64,000 nt of DNA from Pocillopora damicornis (Eukaryota), in assembly GCF_003704095.1 (NCBI RefSeq), contig NW_020844494.1, forward strand, positions 682,001 to 746,000, read 5' to 3'. The notes beneath the pieces were generated by a model. That model was not told the origin of the DNA. It saw nothing but the letters and a program-made list of their open reading frames with translations, and did not search any database. Below are positions 1 through 13,114 of this stretch, one piece after another (positions within the stretch are counted from its first letter, which is position 1; each line of letters opens with the position of its first letter). Made by a program: the position numbers and the translations under genes.

Positions 1-1448
1 TGAGGAGAGTACAACATGAGAACTAAACTATGACTTTGTGTTAAGAAAACCGGAAGTCACAGACCGAGTTTAGTCTCGTCGTAAGTATTTAATTGACCAT
101 GATACTTCTTGGTTGGTCAATAAAAAGCTAACGGTTTCCGTTTGGCTACGTGAAATTTCAATAGTTGTTTTCATCTTTCTCTCAAAACAATGCAATCATT
201 AATAAATGAGGTGAGGGTGGGGAACAATTAAAATTTTTTGAATACAATACCATTGGGAAATTCTAGAAACTTCATTCGATTTTTTTAATTACGAAAAATA
301 ATTTACATATACACATCATTCCTTTTCAGAGGAACGCAGGAGATGTAAGGTAAACTGAATTTAAGCTTAGAAGTACAATCAAGTAAAAGTTCCCCAAGTG
401 CTTACATCTAGAACTAAAAATTTTTGTTTTCAGCATATGACCCTGGCATTAGCCCGATTCTAACAGTGTATTGGAACATTCCTCCAACTGAAAACGGTCT
501 CATGCGTTGGACTTAGGCTTTATTTTGAAATCTCAAGTCAGGGTTGTTTGAACGACTGCGATGCACTAACCTAGTTCATTGTATCTGTTGCCTTTTACGA
601 TACTTATGTAAGGGGTTTTGCATAAGGAAGATTAACAAGGCTAAAAGTTGATATCACACAAAATTGTGATTTTGTGCATTAAAGCATAACCATTAAACAA
701 CTTCAGAATTTAATTAATATATATATATATGCTTTTATGATCGTGACAACAACCCCCTGTCGCTAAGCACTGTTTGACCTCTTTTGATCTGTATCCTGGT
801 TACATGTTCAAGACGCGAAACTGAATAAAATCAAATACTTTATCTTGTTTCTAGAAGAAATTGTCTTCAAGAGCGCGCCAGTTTAGATTAAGGACGCTTT
901 AAATGGGAGGACGTTACCTGCAACGATACCTGTTGGCAATGACAAGAATACAGATAACGTTAACTATGAAAGGTATGTGGCCATTGTAGTTAGTTTCATC
1001 GTTGCAGGTTGCTACTATTGCAAAACACTCGAACTCAACCCAACGAGAAAAAGCGGCAGAATGTTAAGCTGTGAATGTTACAATATACACCCTAACTCAG
1101 TTGAAATGGGTCAAGTTTGAAAAAGAGCCTTGACGAACTTGGAAATGGCGCCATAAAAAATCGTGGCCGGTTTTATAAATTTAATCGCACAACATTAAAG
1201 ATCGATATATGTGCTCAGATGACCATCCAAAACAGCCATGTTGCCGCTAGCAGCCTCTGTGACTTCCTTCGTCTCGTAGCCGTGGTTACTGACTACAGGT
1301 GGAACTTTGCCTTAGTATTGTTGTTAGAAAATATATATTTATATTTAATTGTGGGAAATTGTACCAAATGCTGTAGGAAAGTGCTCAATACACGCGAGTG
1401 TAGAGCGAAATACAGTTCAAAATAACTAAAATGAAACGCGCATGATTC

Positions 1449-1490
1449 TCTGTTACTCTGAGTTTCGTACTTACGCACTCGTCAGACAGA
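1449..1490 (-). ncRNA. Type I hammerhead ribozyme (mirror copy)
   Basis: Minus strand reads UCUGU-CUGACGA-GUGC(GUAA)GUAC-GAAA-CUCAGAG-UA-ACAGA. The single change gives a tolerated G-U pair in stem II. Confidence 0.8.
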
Positions 1491-1495
1491 TTAAA

Positions 1496-1537
1496 TCTGT
1501 CTGACGAGTGCGTAAGCACGAAACTCAGAGTAACAGA
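1496..1537 (+). ncRNA. Type I hammerhead ribozyme
   Basis: UCUGU-CUGACGA-GUGC(GUAA)GCAC-GAAA-CUC(A)GAG-UA-ACAGA. Full core (CUGANGA, GAAA, GUA triplet), stem I UCUGU/ACAGA, stem II with GNRA loop, short stem III. Predicted cleavage after 1532. Confidence 0.85.
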
Positions 1538-4500
1538 GGATCATGCGTGTTTCATTTTAGTTATTTTGAACTATATTTGTATTTATGTATCCCTAGCAAC
1601 AAGGCAGATCATTCAAAAACTAAGGAGATTTTGATCACTCCTAATGGGATTTTCAACTCGTCTTCTGACAACGCATCAAACTTCAGTTTGTTTTCTTTAG
1701 ATGGCAGTAAATAACCGATATGGGCATCTTAAGATGGAAAGAAAAAGAAAAGAGCAGGATAAATCTACCCTCAGAGGTATGTTGCTGTACTTTCAGCCAA
1801 TTAATTTAAAGTTGATCACTTGCCATAAAATTTGAAAGTTTCATTTAATTACCGTTTAGGGTAAGTTTAGGGGTAATCATGCAGGCAGTTGTAATAAAGC
1901 TCTACAATGACAAGAAAACAGAAAATGCGTGTACAGTCGAGAATACTTTTAAAAACTACTTCTTCTGCCTTATCAAGGGAATAGTTTAGACATCACTCGT
2001 TTTTTTTTTGTGCCGTAAGTGTTGGTTGATTACTCACGAGACATGGTAAGCGCAAAAGCCACGTAGAGAGAGCCCTTAGTTATAAAATATAAAAACAATC
2101 AAAGGCAAAGTTCCTTACTCTTCCACATAGAAGTAAGGAATTATGTGAAATATTGATCATGTCTGATAAGCCACAAAATCAGTCCAAATTTTGGTGAGTT
2201 AAAGGAATTTGAGCGGGAGAAACCATTGCCCAGGGACATAGCAACTGAAAAAACATTGCATGTTAGTCTATTACTGATCATAAATGTCACTAAGGAAATC
2301 TAAAAACTTTTTAAATAGCGATTACGATAACGAAATATTTAAACCCAAGTAGGTCGGAAAAGAGCACGCTTTTTAAAATAAATATTGAAAATTTATATAT
2401 TTCCTTCTCTTTGTCTTGCAATTGAGTTCAAAAGACATTTCGTAATCAGGTACGACAGTTTTGAAACTCTTAAACAATATCTGTAACGTTGTGGGTGCCT
2501 TGTTCTTTATTGGACAATCCTCTTAGATTATTTTAGTGATGCACTGATATGATGTGGTGCAGGCAACTCTGGTTTGCAGTAATTTAATTTCATGAAAACT
2601 TTTCTTTGCCAAGTTGTAAACAGGAAAGATTATTTTTACAGAAAAAGCAGTGAAAGAACACTGACTACCTTTGGCATCGTCAAACTAAAAGACTCTATGA
2701 CGCAAAGGAAGCTTAACACTATAACAGTTTTATTCCCTTTTCTACCACTGCTTAAAAGCATCACACAGACTAAAATCTTTCCATCACGGAAGCAGGATGT
2801 AGGTTAGAAGAAGCTGGTGAAATGAATTTAGAAACTTTCCAACTGCTTGACAGTAGGGCATCTGAAATAACAAATACCATTTTATTCCAGTAATGCTTGT
2901 GACACCATCAGGAAACTTAATTTTAGATGTGCGGAGGAGAGGGTGGTTTACATTACGGGTTCCATATAACCTTAGCTTATTAAACAATCACTGAAAAAAA
3001 ACCAAACATACTTACGGTCTGAAGCTAGGCAATTTTATGTTTTTCCCACGCTTTAAGCATTTTGAGAGATTCCTCGAAGGATTTCAGTGGTGTTCACCGT
3101 TGGTACTTTATGGATTTTGTCACCTATAGTGGGTCAATTTTGCTTTTACTAGTTAAGAGTAATATTGTTTGTCATTACATTCAGTGAAGAAAAAACGCAA
3201 AAACTTTTTGCGCACTAAGAGGGTCAGTGTTTCCTTCAGGCTAGCGGTGATGTTTAAAAGGGCTATGACGTTGCTGATAGGGTTTTAATTTGATTTTTCC
3301 CTGAATATTTTCTCAAGATTTTGCAAATGGAAGATAGATTGCGGCATGGAAGCTAAACACACATTATTCATTAACCTTTTAAAAACTTCTTTGTTTAAAA
3401 TGACCGAAAAAGGAAAAAAGAGCTTACAGGATTCGAGCAGCCCTTAAAACACGCCGAGTTCGTGTGGGAAAGTCGCACTGTCAAGAGACTGACTCTACAA
3501 GAGACTGAATGATAAAGAGGCCGCGGTGGCTCAATATTAGGGAACATCTTTAAATACACGTCATCAGAGTGTGGCCAACCTATTAAAATATTAGATTTAC
3601 TTTGCTATTGGTTCGGAAATCAAAGATATTCATTTTTATCTGAAACGTGATAACAAACTGTCATGCTAAGATTGTTTTTTTTTTTTGTATACCCATCATA
3701 TATTAAATTCATTCTTCTTAATGACATTTTTATCGTAAAAATTTATAATGAAAAGTCTTCGCTACAATTTCTCTTGCCTCTCTTCCTATAATTAGTTGAC
3801 GTCATTCATTCGTGGAATTTAGTTCAAATTTAATTCAGTTATGTTGGTCTTTTTATCGATGTATGAATCGTTCTGATGTCTCTAACCTCGTTCAAGTCCT
3901 AATTATGCGCAAAAAATATGGCATATCAAAGCTTCGGAAATTGAAAACGTGGCCTTAGTTTATAACAATAATGAAAACTGTGACAAGAGAGAGTCGTTAT
4001 ACAAATTGAACGAGTACAAAGTTAATATTGCAGTCAATTGAATATCAATATGATCCATTCTGCTATTGGTTGTTTACTGGTGATATTTGTCTTCGTTACT
4101 CGCGTAGAGCGAATATAATTAGCGCCAAGAACACATAAAAAGAGTCTCTAGGCATGTGTGTAACTTCGGTCTTCTATTCAAATAGTTCATTGCCTAGGTG
4201 CTGCGTTTCTATAGTGGAAAAGCAAATACAGCAGATTTCTTCGCCGCGTGTTAGTAAATAATTCCTTACTGTTCCGGCAAAATAGAACAGTGTCGAAGAG
4301 GTAAGCGCATTAATTCTGGTACATTATCCTTGAGTTCATCAGTTGACATTATTTTTCATTCTTCTTTATGTCTGTCGGTAAAAATGTGTTCTGACAAACG
4401 CAGCTGCCGGGTATTTTAGAAAAATCTTTTGGTCCTCTGAGATTATCAATACAAGTTGATGAAAGTACAACTGAGATTCGATAAATAAACGGAACTTAGC

Positions 4501-7500
4501 CGCGTACATCTTAAAGATTTGCCAAAATGCGTGGTTAACATTTGATCAGTGAGGGTAGCAGCGTTCACCTCTACACTCCAAACTTCACATTGACTTCAGA
4601 TTATTATAGTTTTTTTCTTTATGGACAGCCAACCAATTATCCTAGAAAAGCTGCCGAGCTTCCAGAGTATGTAAATTAGTAGGAAAATATCTCTACCAAT
4701 CTTACTTTTAGGGCTCTCATAATTATGCAACGTAAAACTGAGTACAACTGGAAACTGTTAGCAGTCTCATGAAGAGATCCGTAAATGCGAAGTAGCTATT
4801 GACACATAGCTCTTGGAATCAAGGTTGAACAATCTGAAATCATTTGGCATGACAAAAGTTTAACATGGCGATATTCATTTTCATTAATGCCAATATTTTA
4901 GTTCAACACCAATGTTGACATTGCTCGAACAGCCATCAATGAAGTGTTATCTTCATCACAAAACGTTCTCCAAGGAATATTTGCTGTTACTATTATTTGA
5001 ATACCATCCTGCTTTTAGAGTCATTTTCGGACAGAATAATAGCAAATGTGGAGATACAGGGGGGATTTGAATTGCATAACAACAAAATACACATGAAAAT
5101 TTTACATATTGATTTTCACACGCCTTAAGGTCCATGAATATGCTTAGTTTCTTACAAACTTTTTGTGAGCTTTTTAAACAAATTACCGGTGAAAGATCTT
5201 GAACTACAGTTCATTCCGGTTGACATTACGTGATTATTTTACGATTAGAAAAGCAATGTGCATTTTCATCAGCTATTCGTTTTTTAAACCGTTGGTTCAC
5301 CCTTAACGTGATCACTGAAAATTTAGTTTAAGCCATGACGAGGAGAATTGAGCGTTTAAAGTGATGTGCAGAGAAAATTTTCCTTCACGTGAAAGACTTT
5401 TCGGAAATTGACCTTAAAACTTCCAACATGGTGGAGTTTATTTTTAAAAAACATTTGAAAATCGGAGGGTTTTTCTGGTTCTGTTTCTCTTTTTGTTATT
5501 TATCACACTAATTCATCCTTGAAACTGATATGACGAATTTGATTACGGAACTTTTAACGACGATCAAGCATTACTTCCTTTGGAGAAAATCTTTTTTCGA
5601 ACCTTCTTTCCATTTTTAATGAGACTGGACCAACTCTTTTTTAACAAGATGTTTGCAGTTTGACGAAAACGCATCACGGTTCTTTCAAATTAGCGTTCTG
5701 TAGGTGACATCTGTGATACATTTTCAAAGAATTATCTTCGCGTGAGTGTATGTGTCAAGCCCTCTCTTAAAAAAATTAAGCATGGCCATACAAAGTACAA
5801 TCAAGTTAGGGGATTCGCGTGATCTTCGTTAGGAAAAGATACACATGCTATGACACGCAATAAGATCTTAAGGTTTCACGAAAATGTTACCCCACGCAAA
5901 TTGAGAATTAATGATGCGTCCATATTTCATAATTCATATTTCACATTTCGCGATAACAGTGCTTAGTCACATTCATTTGTTTTCAAAATTGATAACTTTG
6001 ATGAAAAATGATTCTTGGAAAAATGATTGTCACGCGAAAGATTATTGTCATAATTTTTTTTCTTATACTACGACAAACTGAGCGACTGTGCATAGTTTGA
6101 AAATCCTCGCTGTCTGAAAACAGGGAGAAGATTTTCTTTACTTCTAGAAACGAAATATTGTGATATTTGACTTATTTTTGTTGTTATCATTATAATGCCA
6201 AGATTACACCTCCAAGAAGAGTTTAGCTCATCAATATACACCTGTAAACCATTAAAAGCCAAAAATTACAGTGCAAATATGCTTAGCTCTACGTGAATAT
6301 GGCGTCTTTTGGCGATAAAAATCCTCCAATGGCTTCCAATTTTGTATTTCGGCTCAGCTCAATTTATTTTTAGTCTTTTATATACAATTGCCCCCGAGCC
6401 AAAAAACCATGTTACTCCTAACAAAGCCGGTGAATTTTAAATTTTAATCATCAAGTTACAAAAATGTTCACTTGTACAAGATATATAATTCGATATCCGG
6501 TAAAATATCGTTGGAACTATGCATGAATCGGATATTCTACATGTGTTAGAGAGCGCTAGATTCGGCGTTTTTTATCAGGAAGGAATCATCAACATTGCAA
6601 CAGAAATTGAAGAAAGAAAATAGAAAATATATATGCTTTGGTACGTGATCTCAATTAACTTAGTTACACGATCCAAATTTCCTACGAACTTGTTCAAATG
6701 GAACAGAAAAGAAAAAAAAAAGAAAAAAAAAAGGCGTAAATGAATTTTGGTGCAGCTGAAAATTATGCTTACTGTCCCAGAAAATATATCCTTCATGTCT
6801 TGATTAGTCGATACCCCGAGGGGCGAAATAAATGCTGACTTACATCGTGTTTTTCCTACTATTTGAAAACAAAAAATACCGTTGCTAGCGAACAAAAGAA
6901 AAACTTTGAAATATTGACACGGGAAAAATAAGTGACGCCGTCTTTCCACATTTGTAGCAGATTATTGGTCAAAACAGCAGACATTGTTCCATATAATATA
7001 GGGCGCGTGACCCAACCACGTTTTATGTTGTTTTCTAAATTAGTAAGAGTCACGATATAAATCTCGAACGGGAAAAAGACAGGTTAAAAACGCAGCAGGA
7101 TACGAAAAAAATTCTGACTTTCAATCACTTCTGTAACGTGACAACTCACAAAGAAAACTGATGTTTATACTTAGCTTATTTCATTACACGTGGGAAGGCA
7201 AATTTCCGGCTGCGGACAGCGTGTCTGGGAAAGCGAAAGTTCTGGCGTTCAGGTATAATGGTGTGAATGTTTTTTTCTTGTACAGCTTATTAACGAGCAC
7301 CGCTGCCGCCAATTTCGTTTTACACGTATTTAAGGCGTTATTAGAAGGCAGGGAGCTAAGGGATTGTTCAGTTCTCTCCGTCACGAGGGAAATTAAATCA
7401 CACTCCATGGTAAATTGTTTTCATTTTGATTCGCTCGTACACAATTACCGCTCTAACAACGTGGCTCTAAGAAAGTAGAACCACGCGGTGACCCTGAATA

Positions 7501-7722
7501 ATCCTTGAGTGAAATCCGATTTAAAAACTTGCTCTTATTGGATTATTTGATTCGTTTTCTGTTAAGTTGTGCGCTTCAAAGTAGGGAGGGCGCAGTGAAT
7601 TATTTTGCCTATAAAGCGATGTGTATAATAATAGGTGATAACCATGAAAGTAGGTTACTATAACTACAAACGATTGTTTGTTACACTCGGTAGGTGAGGC
7701 ACGGAGACTGCAAGTTTTCCCA

Positions 7723-8262
7723 ATGAAGCAAATCGATAACGAACACTGTGATGCAGACAGTGGAATGGCACCAACAACCCCGTGTTATCCAAGAATCCCA
7801 AGGAAAAAAACTCAGGAACAACAAGCTGTGGTGGACGAGATACTTCAAGTGGTTGCTGATCAAGGAAGGCGCTTTTCGCTTTCGCAAACGGACTACAGCG
7901 TTCAAAAGAGAATCGAATGTGGCCTAAGGAGGAAAAAAAGACTAACAAGCGACGCGTCTAGTTTTGATGATTCCAGTTCATGTGCAAGCGGCTCCGACCT
8001 TTCTACTTCGCCACCACCAACACGGCATAGCAGTATCAGTATCAATTCAAGTTTTTCAGATGATGGCAAGATGTTCGAATATAGCAGTAGACCGCAAACT
8101 CTTCCGCCGCTCCACCGAAATAGAAGCCACAGGCCGGCTCGACCGACGCCTCCTAAAATTGACTTTGACGAGGAGCGAGAAATAAGTCGCTCTGGCACCT
8201 TGTCGAGACCTATGTCCGCGCGGGGACAACGATCACGCCCACAGAGAGGTTTCACGTTATAA
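7723..8262 (+). CDS. Uncharacterised intronless Ser/Arg/Pro-rich protein (179 aa from ATG 7723)
   Basis: Long ORF, more GC-rich than its AT-rich flanks, with protein-like disordered composition. No domain recognised. Confidence 0.65.
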   Translation: MKQIDNEHCDADSGMAPTTPCYPRIPRKKTQEQQAVVDEILQVVADQGRRFSLSQTDYSVQKRIECGLRRKKRLTSDASSFDDSSSCASGSDLSTSPPPTRHSSISINSSFSDDGKMFEYSSRPQTLPPLHRNRSHRPARPTPPKIDFDEEREISRSGTLSRPMSARGQRSRPQRGFTL

Positions 8263-11200
8263 TTCCAGAGAACGCAAAACATTGAGAGAGATCGCCATGA
8301 ATTCATTACTTCAGTGAGGACGTTAAATCCCACCCATGGAGGAAGTGTTCTGGCTTGGATTTTAGTAGTGTAGAGTTTTGAAAAAGAAAACAATTCATGC
8401 GTATAGTGCACAACGAGGGCCAACATTAGGATGTCAACATATAAACTCTAAGTTCAACTGCCAGAGTAGAAGGCTTATGACAGGTGCCGGAGGCCGAGCA
8501 AAAAGAAATTAGTTAAGCTGTTGCTAGTTTAAGGGAAAAAAAGGGCCCTGAAGGAAACGATCAAACATACTTGAAGTCTGATTCGCTGAAGATTACATCA
8601 ATGATTCCATACACCATGTGCAGCAAATTTATTTTCAAAAAATCGACGCCAAAACATGCCGAATACAAGAGGGATCATTAGCCACAACAGAACTTTTCAA
8701 GTGTTATCAGCTACACGTAAACAATTGCATTTTTCGAGAACAATCTAGGAGGTAAGAGGGTTGTCTCTTTGCAAAATTCATCATGAAAACTGTTAGAAAA
8801 GAAAAATAGTGACATGGAAACTGAACAGTATTCTCTATCGTCAAAAATGTCATTGAGCGGTTGTAGATTACTTATAGCATGGCGTGTAGCAGCCTCATTT
8901 AAAGTCAAAACAACGGACGGTCTGAAATGAATCGTTGCAAAGACTATTCCTTTGTTTCATTCTATAAAACCTACAAATCAAAATCAATTTTTAATAGCAG
9001 CACATAGCGACTCATTTCTTCTCCCTAAGTTTTTAAAAAGCGATATTTGTTCAATAAAAATAAAAAATATAAAATGCTAATTTACCTATATATTCTCGGA
9101 ACATTTGATCAATAATTCTACAATGTAAAGAGATGATCGTCTTTCAGGTGAAGATCGACCGGAAAGGAAGATTCAGAAACAAATTTGTAAAAAGGCAAAA
9201 TATAGGTTTTGGTTAGAGTAAATATGGAGTAAGAATAAAATATATAGTACACAATTACACCCGCGGTGTTGTCTGAATTACAAACTGATGCGATTTGAAT
9301 ATGCTAAATATTTGTCTGGCGAATTATGAGAATGCGTGTTCTCATACGTGTGACGGTAATGTAAAAAAAAAAAAACAAGGAATACAGAACACAGGTGTTA
9401 AAAGTAATTTTCACATTTAAGGGTTTAAGAATAAAAATATATTCCCAGAAAACTGACGTCCGTGAATAACAAACACATATAAACCAAAAATCACTAACAA
9501 ATAACAAAAGTCGCGACGTGGTGGAAAAAAATTATCTCCCATCCAACAGACAGGTTTTCGATGCAAATATATATATATTACATATCGCGTCAGTATTTCG
9601 GGCATCAGCCAAGTAATATTACTTGTTACCAAGCAAGATATTGATCCATCTACATGCTTTCTGCAGGTAGGAAATTTAAAAAAAAAAACTTGAAGCTAGC
9701 TTGTTCTTCTATGTGCTTGGCTAAAACATTTCTGGCGTTCGTTGCTTTTTCATTTTTATTTCGGTTCTTTCGTTACCGCTAAAATCGGTGAAAAATATAG
9801 AGCATTGGTGCAAAAATAACATATACCTTCGTTTGCCGACACCAATATTAGCAGCTCTCAAATTTACAGAAGTGACACTATTTTAAGTAAGTAATTTGAA
9901 TCCATTTTTTTTAAATCCCATCAAATGTTGTTGCAAATCTTATTGGGATGTTCTTTTATTATCCTTCAGGTCAAAACAAAATTCAACAATATGTACCGTG
10001 CTAAAAAGATTGTTGCGGTCAAATTAACCCGCATATTAACAAATTTCATTCACCTGCCAAAGTCAAAATCGACATAGTACATAATTTGGCGAAATTATAA
10101 TCAACCGGACAAAAACTACAAGCTCATTTGGTAGAAGAACCGCGGCAATATTTATACTAGAATTTGCTTGATACTCGCAATCGTTCAGTGTTAAATATGG
10201 AAACCTATACATAGTTGTGTTAAAATTATGGCATCACATTTGAACAGTAACACACAAACAACATATATGCATAAGGAAACTTTCAATATAGTGATCAACA
10301 AACAATATCAACAACTTCTTCCCTTGTTATGTAATAACTGTTGACGAAAAAGGTAAAGAAACATCGATAGTATATACAAAAGCACATCTTTAATTTAGGA
10401 AGACAATAGAACGTTTCATTGACTGAAAAAACGGTTGATAACTGGTGTGGAACGGGTATTGCTTAAAAAATGCAACACGGCCTAATATAAGTGGCAAAAG
10501 AAGACTGACAGAACTAGCAAGCGGAATCTAGTTTTAAAGAAGATGGAGTCTTATTTCAATTCAGTAAGTTGTAAAAGTGTAAAGAAGCTGAAATGCGATC
10601 AATTCACGTGATGTACTAAAACAGCATCCATTAAATAGTCTCTGAACGAAATTTGCAATATTCAAGAACATGACGCACATGTGCACTTCAAAATGACATA
10701 ATGACCTGTGTTTCTAATTTTATCGAGATAAACCCGCCAGAAATTTCCAGGTGCGACATCGAAATAAGTCACTAAACTGAGTGAAAACAATATTGGCACA
10801 AATTTTAAATTCGTTTCTCAAATGCATCCTGGATGTTCTCGATATATATCACAGCTATCGCTGTTACAATTCAATCATTCGTATTGGCTGTCAATAGTCT
10901 TACTCAACGCAAGAGCGGCCAAAAACACTAATATAAACTTACGTAAGAATTGTTGTTCTACTAATTAGAAAAATTCACAGAGTTTGTGGCAACACAGTTT
11001 ACAGCAGTCGTGTTCCTACGGATTGTAGACTATAATACATTTCCTATAGCTTTGATTAGTGTTACTCACAATAAAAAATTTCTATTAGCAAAATTACTGA
11101 ATATGGCGGCTTCGGAGGACAAACAGCGGCGTGTTTCGTGCAATATTGTTTGGCGCGAGCAGTCCGAGCGCAGGTAATTATAAAATCATAATAAAAGTTA

Positions 11201-13114
11201 TTCATGGCAGAACTTTTTTCGCCTCGGGGAAGTTATCGGCTTAACTGCTCGACTTTTAGGAGAAATATATTCTTTTAATATGTTTTGGTTATTTCTTTCT
11301 TTTCTGACAATTTTTCCGTTTAGGTAATGTATCAGTGATAAAAACAAGTTTTGCTAATGCCTTTTTAACTGGTCGAATTAACGAGTTACTAGTTCTTTGT
11401 GTGGCGCAACCTCTTGAATACATCAACTTGCTAACTCAGTGAAATTGACAGAGTAAACAATTCTCATGATTGCCGATGTTTCTGTCAAACGATACAACCG
11501 CCAAGTGAGACAGAAAAGTGCAGTCAAAAGGATGACAAACAAAGTTAGCAGTACAAAGAATAAAGAAATTCACAAATTTAATCATCTTATCTTATCTTAA
11601 TCTTTTTGTGGTATTCTAGAAAACGCAAGACTGTGAGCTACAAACACGTGCTCGGCAGAACTTGTTTTTTCATATTCTGTGACCAGTTATAACCTCATAG
11701 GTTCCACAGAAGTGAGCATTGACTTATACTGATGTAAACATCAATTGTTGTGTAACGCAAAGTCATAGTTTAAGTTTTTTCTCCACAAGTTTCTGTGGTT
11801 AGAACGGTCAAGTTTGATTTACTGACTATTCTTCCCTAATATGGAATCTTAGATCTGTTTTAATGATTTCCTTCCTTTGCATGCAGCGCCGCAAGTACCG
11901 TCTGCTAAAAAAGCATCCATCATTACAGTTCAGATAACTCGTCCCAACTACACCGAAATAAATCCGTGCGTAAACAATACTTGAAGTTCGATCGAAAACG
12001 CAAATTGCGGGGAAGGCTTTCTTCGAAATTGTACCAGGTAGTCTGGGGCAGACATGACAGACTTCTTTATAATGACGGTGAGTATGACGACTTTGAGAGA
12101 AAAACACTTTAAAACACAAGAAGCTAATTGTTTCTTTGGCTTCTTTGATGAGTAATACTAACAAAGGAATGGAGCATAAATTTAGCCAGGGCAGAGTTTC
12201 CGTCCAATTTTTTTAATCTCACAGATTTGTAAGTAATAAATATCAATATCAGTTCTTACAAATATCATTCACTTACATGCTGGTTATCAGTATAAAATTT
12301 CAAATGCCTGTCGAAATTTCCTCGGGATGACATTTTCGTCAAAAAGGAGCTTTGGACGGGAAGAGTTGTACATATTTCTACAAGTTCTTTAGAGGTAGCC
12401 ACACCTTGATAATAGGCAAATGAATGTGATCTTAACTGAGCTATTTACAACTCTAAAACAGTTCTTTGGTCTATGACGTTAAAACAATATATCAGCTTTC
12501 AAAAAAAAAGGACAGAAAAATTATATGTGTGATGAATTCGCTTTCCTGAAAGTTTTGACTTTTTTAGAAAGAGTGAAATTGTCATTTACGTGATTCAAAA
12601 TAAATACGCATGAACAAAATGATGTACAAAGATCACATTGTTCCATAAGAAGTAAAGACAGTTAAGTTAAAATTCAAGAAAGCCTTCTTCTTCTTCGAGA
12701 AGACTCGTGTCATTTACTGACGAGCATCATGAATTCTCTCATCACAGTATCTGTATTGAGATACTGATAAGCAGAGTTTTGCATGTAAAATGGAGGCAAC
12801 GTCTCCAAGCATCAAAACTCCTAAGAAAAAAAAAGAGAAGTAACATAAATACAAAAGAGGGTACAGAACTAATGGCTCTGAGTCACTCGAACCTCAAGAA
12901 ACAAACAACAACAAAAATAGCTCTGGGGCTTAAGTGGATATTCAAATAATATTTAAGTATTGTGAAACAACGCAGAGCGAATTACTATGTGGTGAATATC
13001 TTGTTAAATTCAGTTTACTTCGACAAGGAGATATTGTTTAAATTGAACAGAGGGGAGTTCGTATTTTTTTTCTGGCCTCACCTGCTAGACAGCGTGTGTT
13101 TCACTTGATCCACT

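Larger units (their letters stand above)
1408..1578. repeat. 171-bp near-perfect palindrome, probably a Penelope-like element terminal remnant (element likely begins near 1345)
   Basis: The 85-bp arms 1408-1492 and 1494-1578 are reverse complements centred on 1493, with 4 mismatches, all transitions. Confidence 0.9.

Noticed and set aside
1293-1714. Two ORFs with near-identical N-termini (MRKYETQSNR / MRKHETQSNR)
   Set aside because: A by-product of the palindrome; GTG starts in a eukaryote with no coding signal.
7902-8426. 174-aa antisense ORF (similar cases at 13821-14069 and 44307-44837)
   Set aside because: Shadow ORFs opposite better-supported coding frames.
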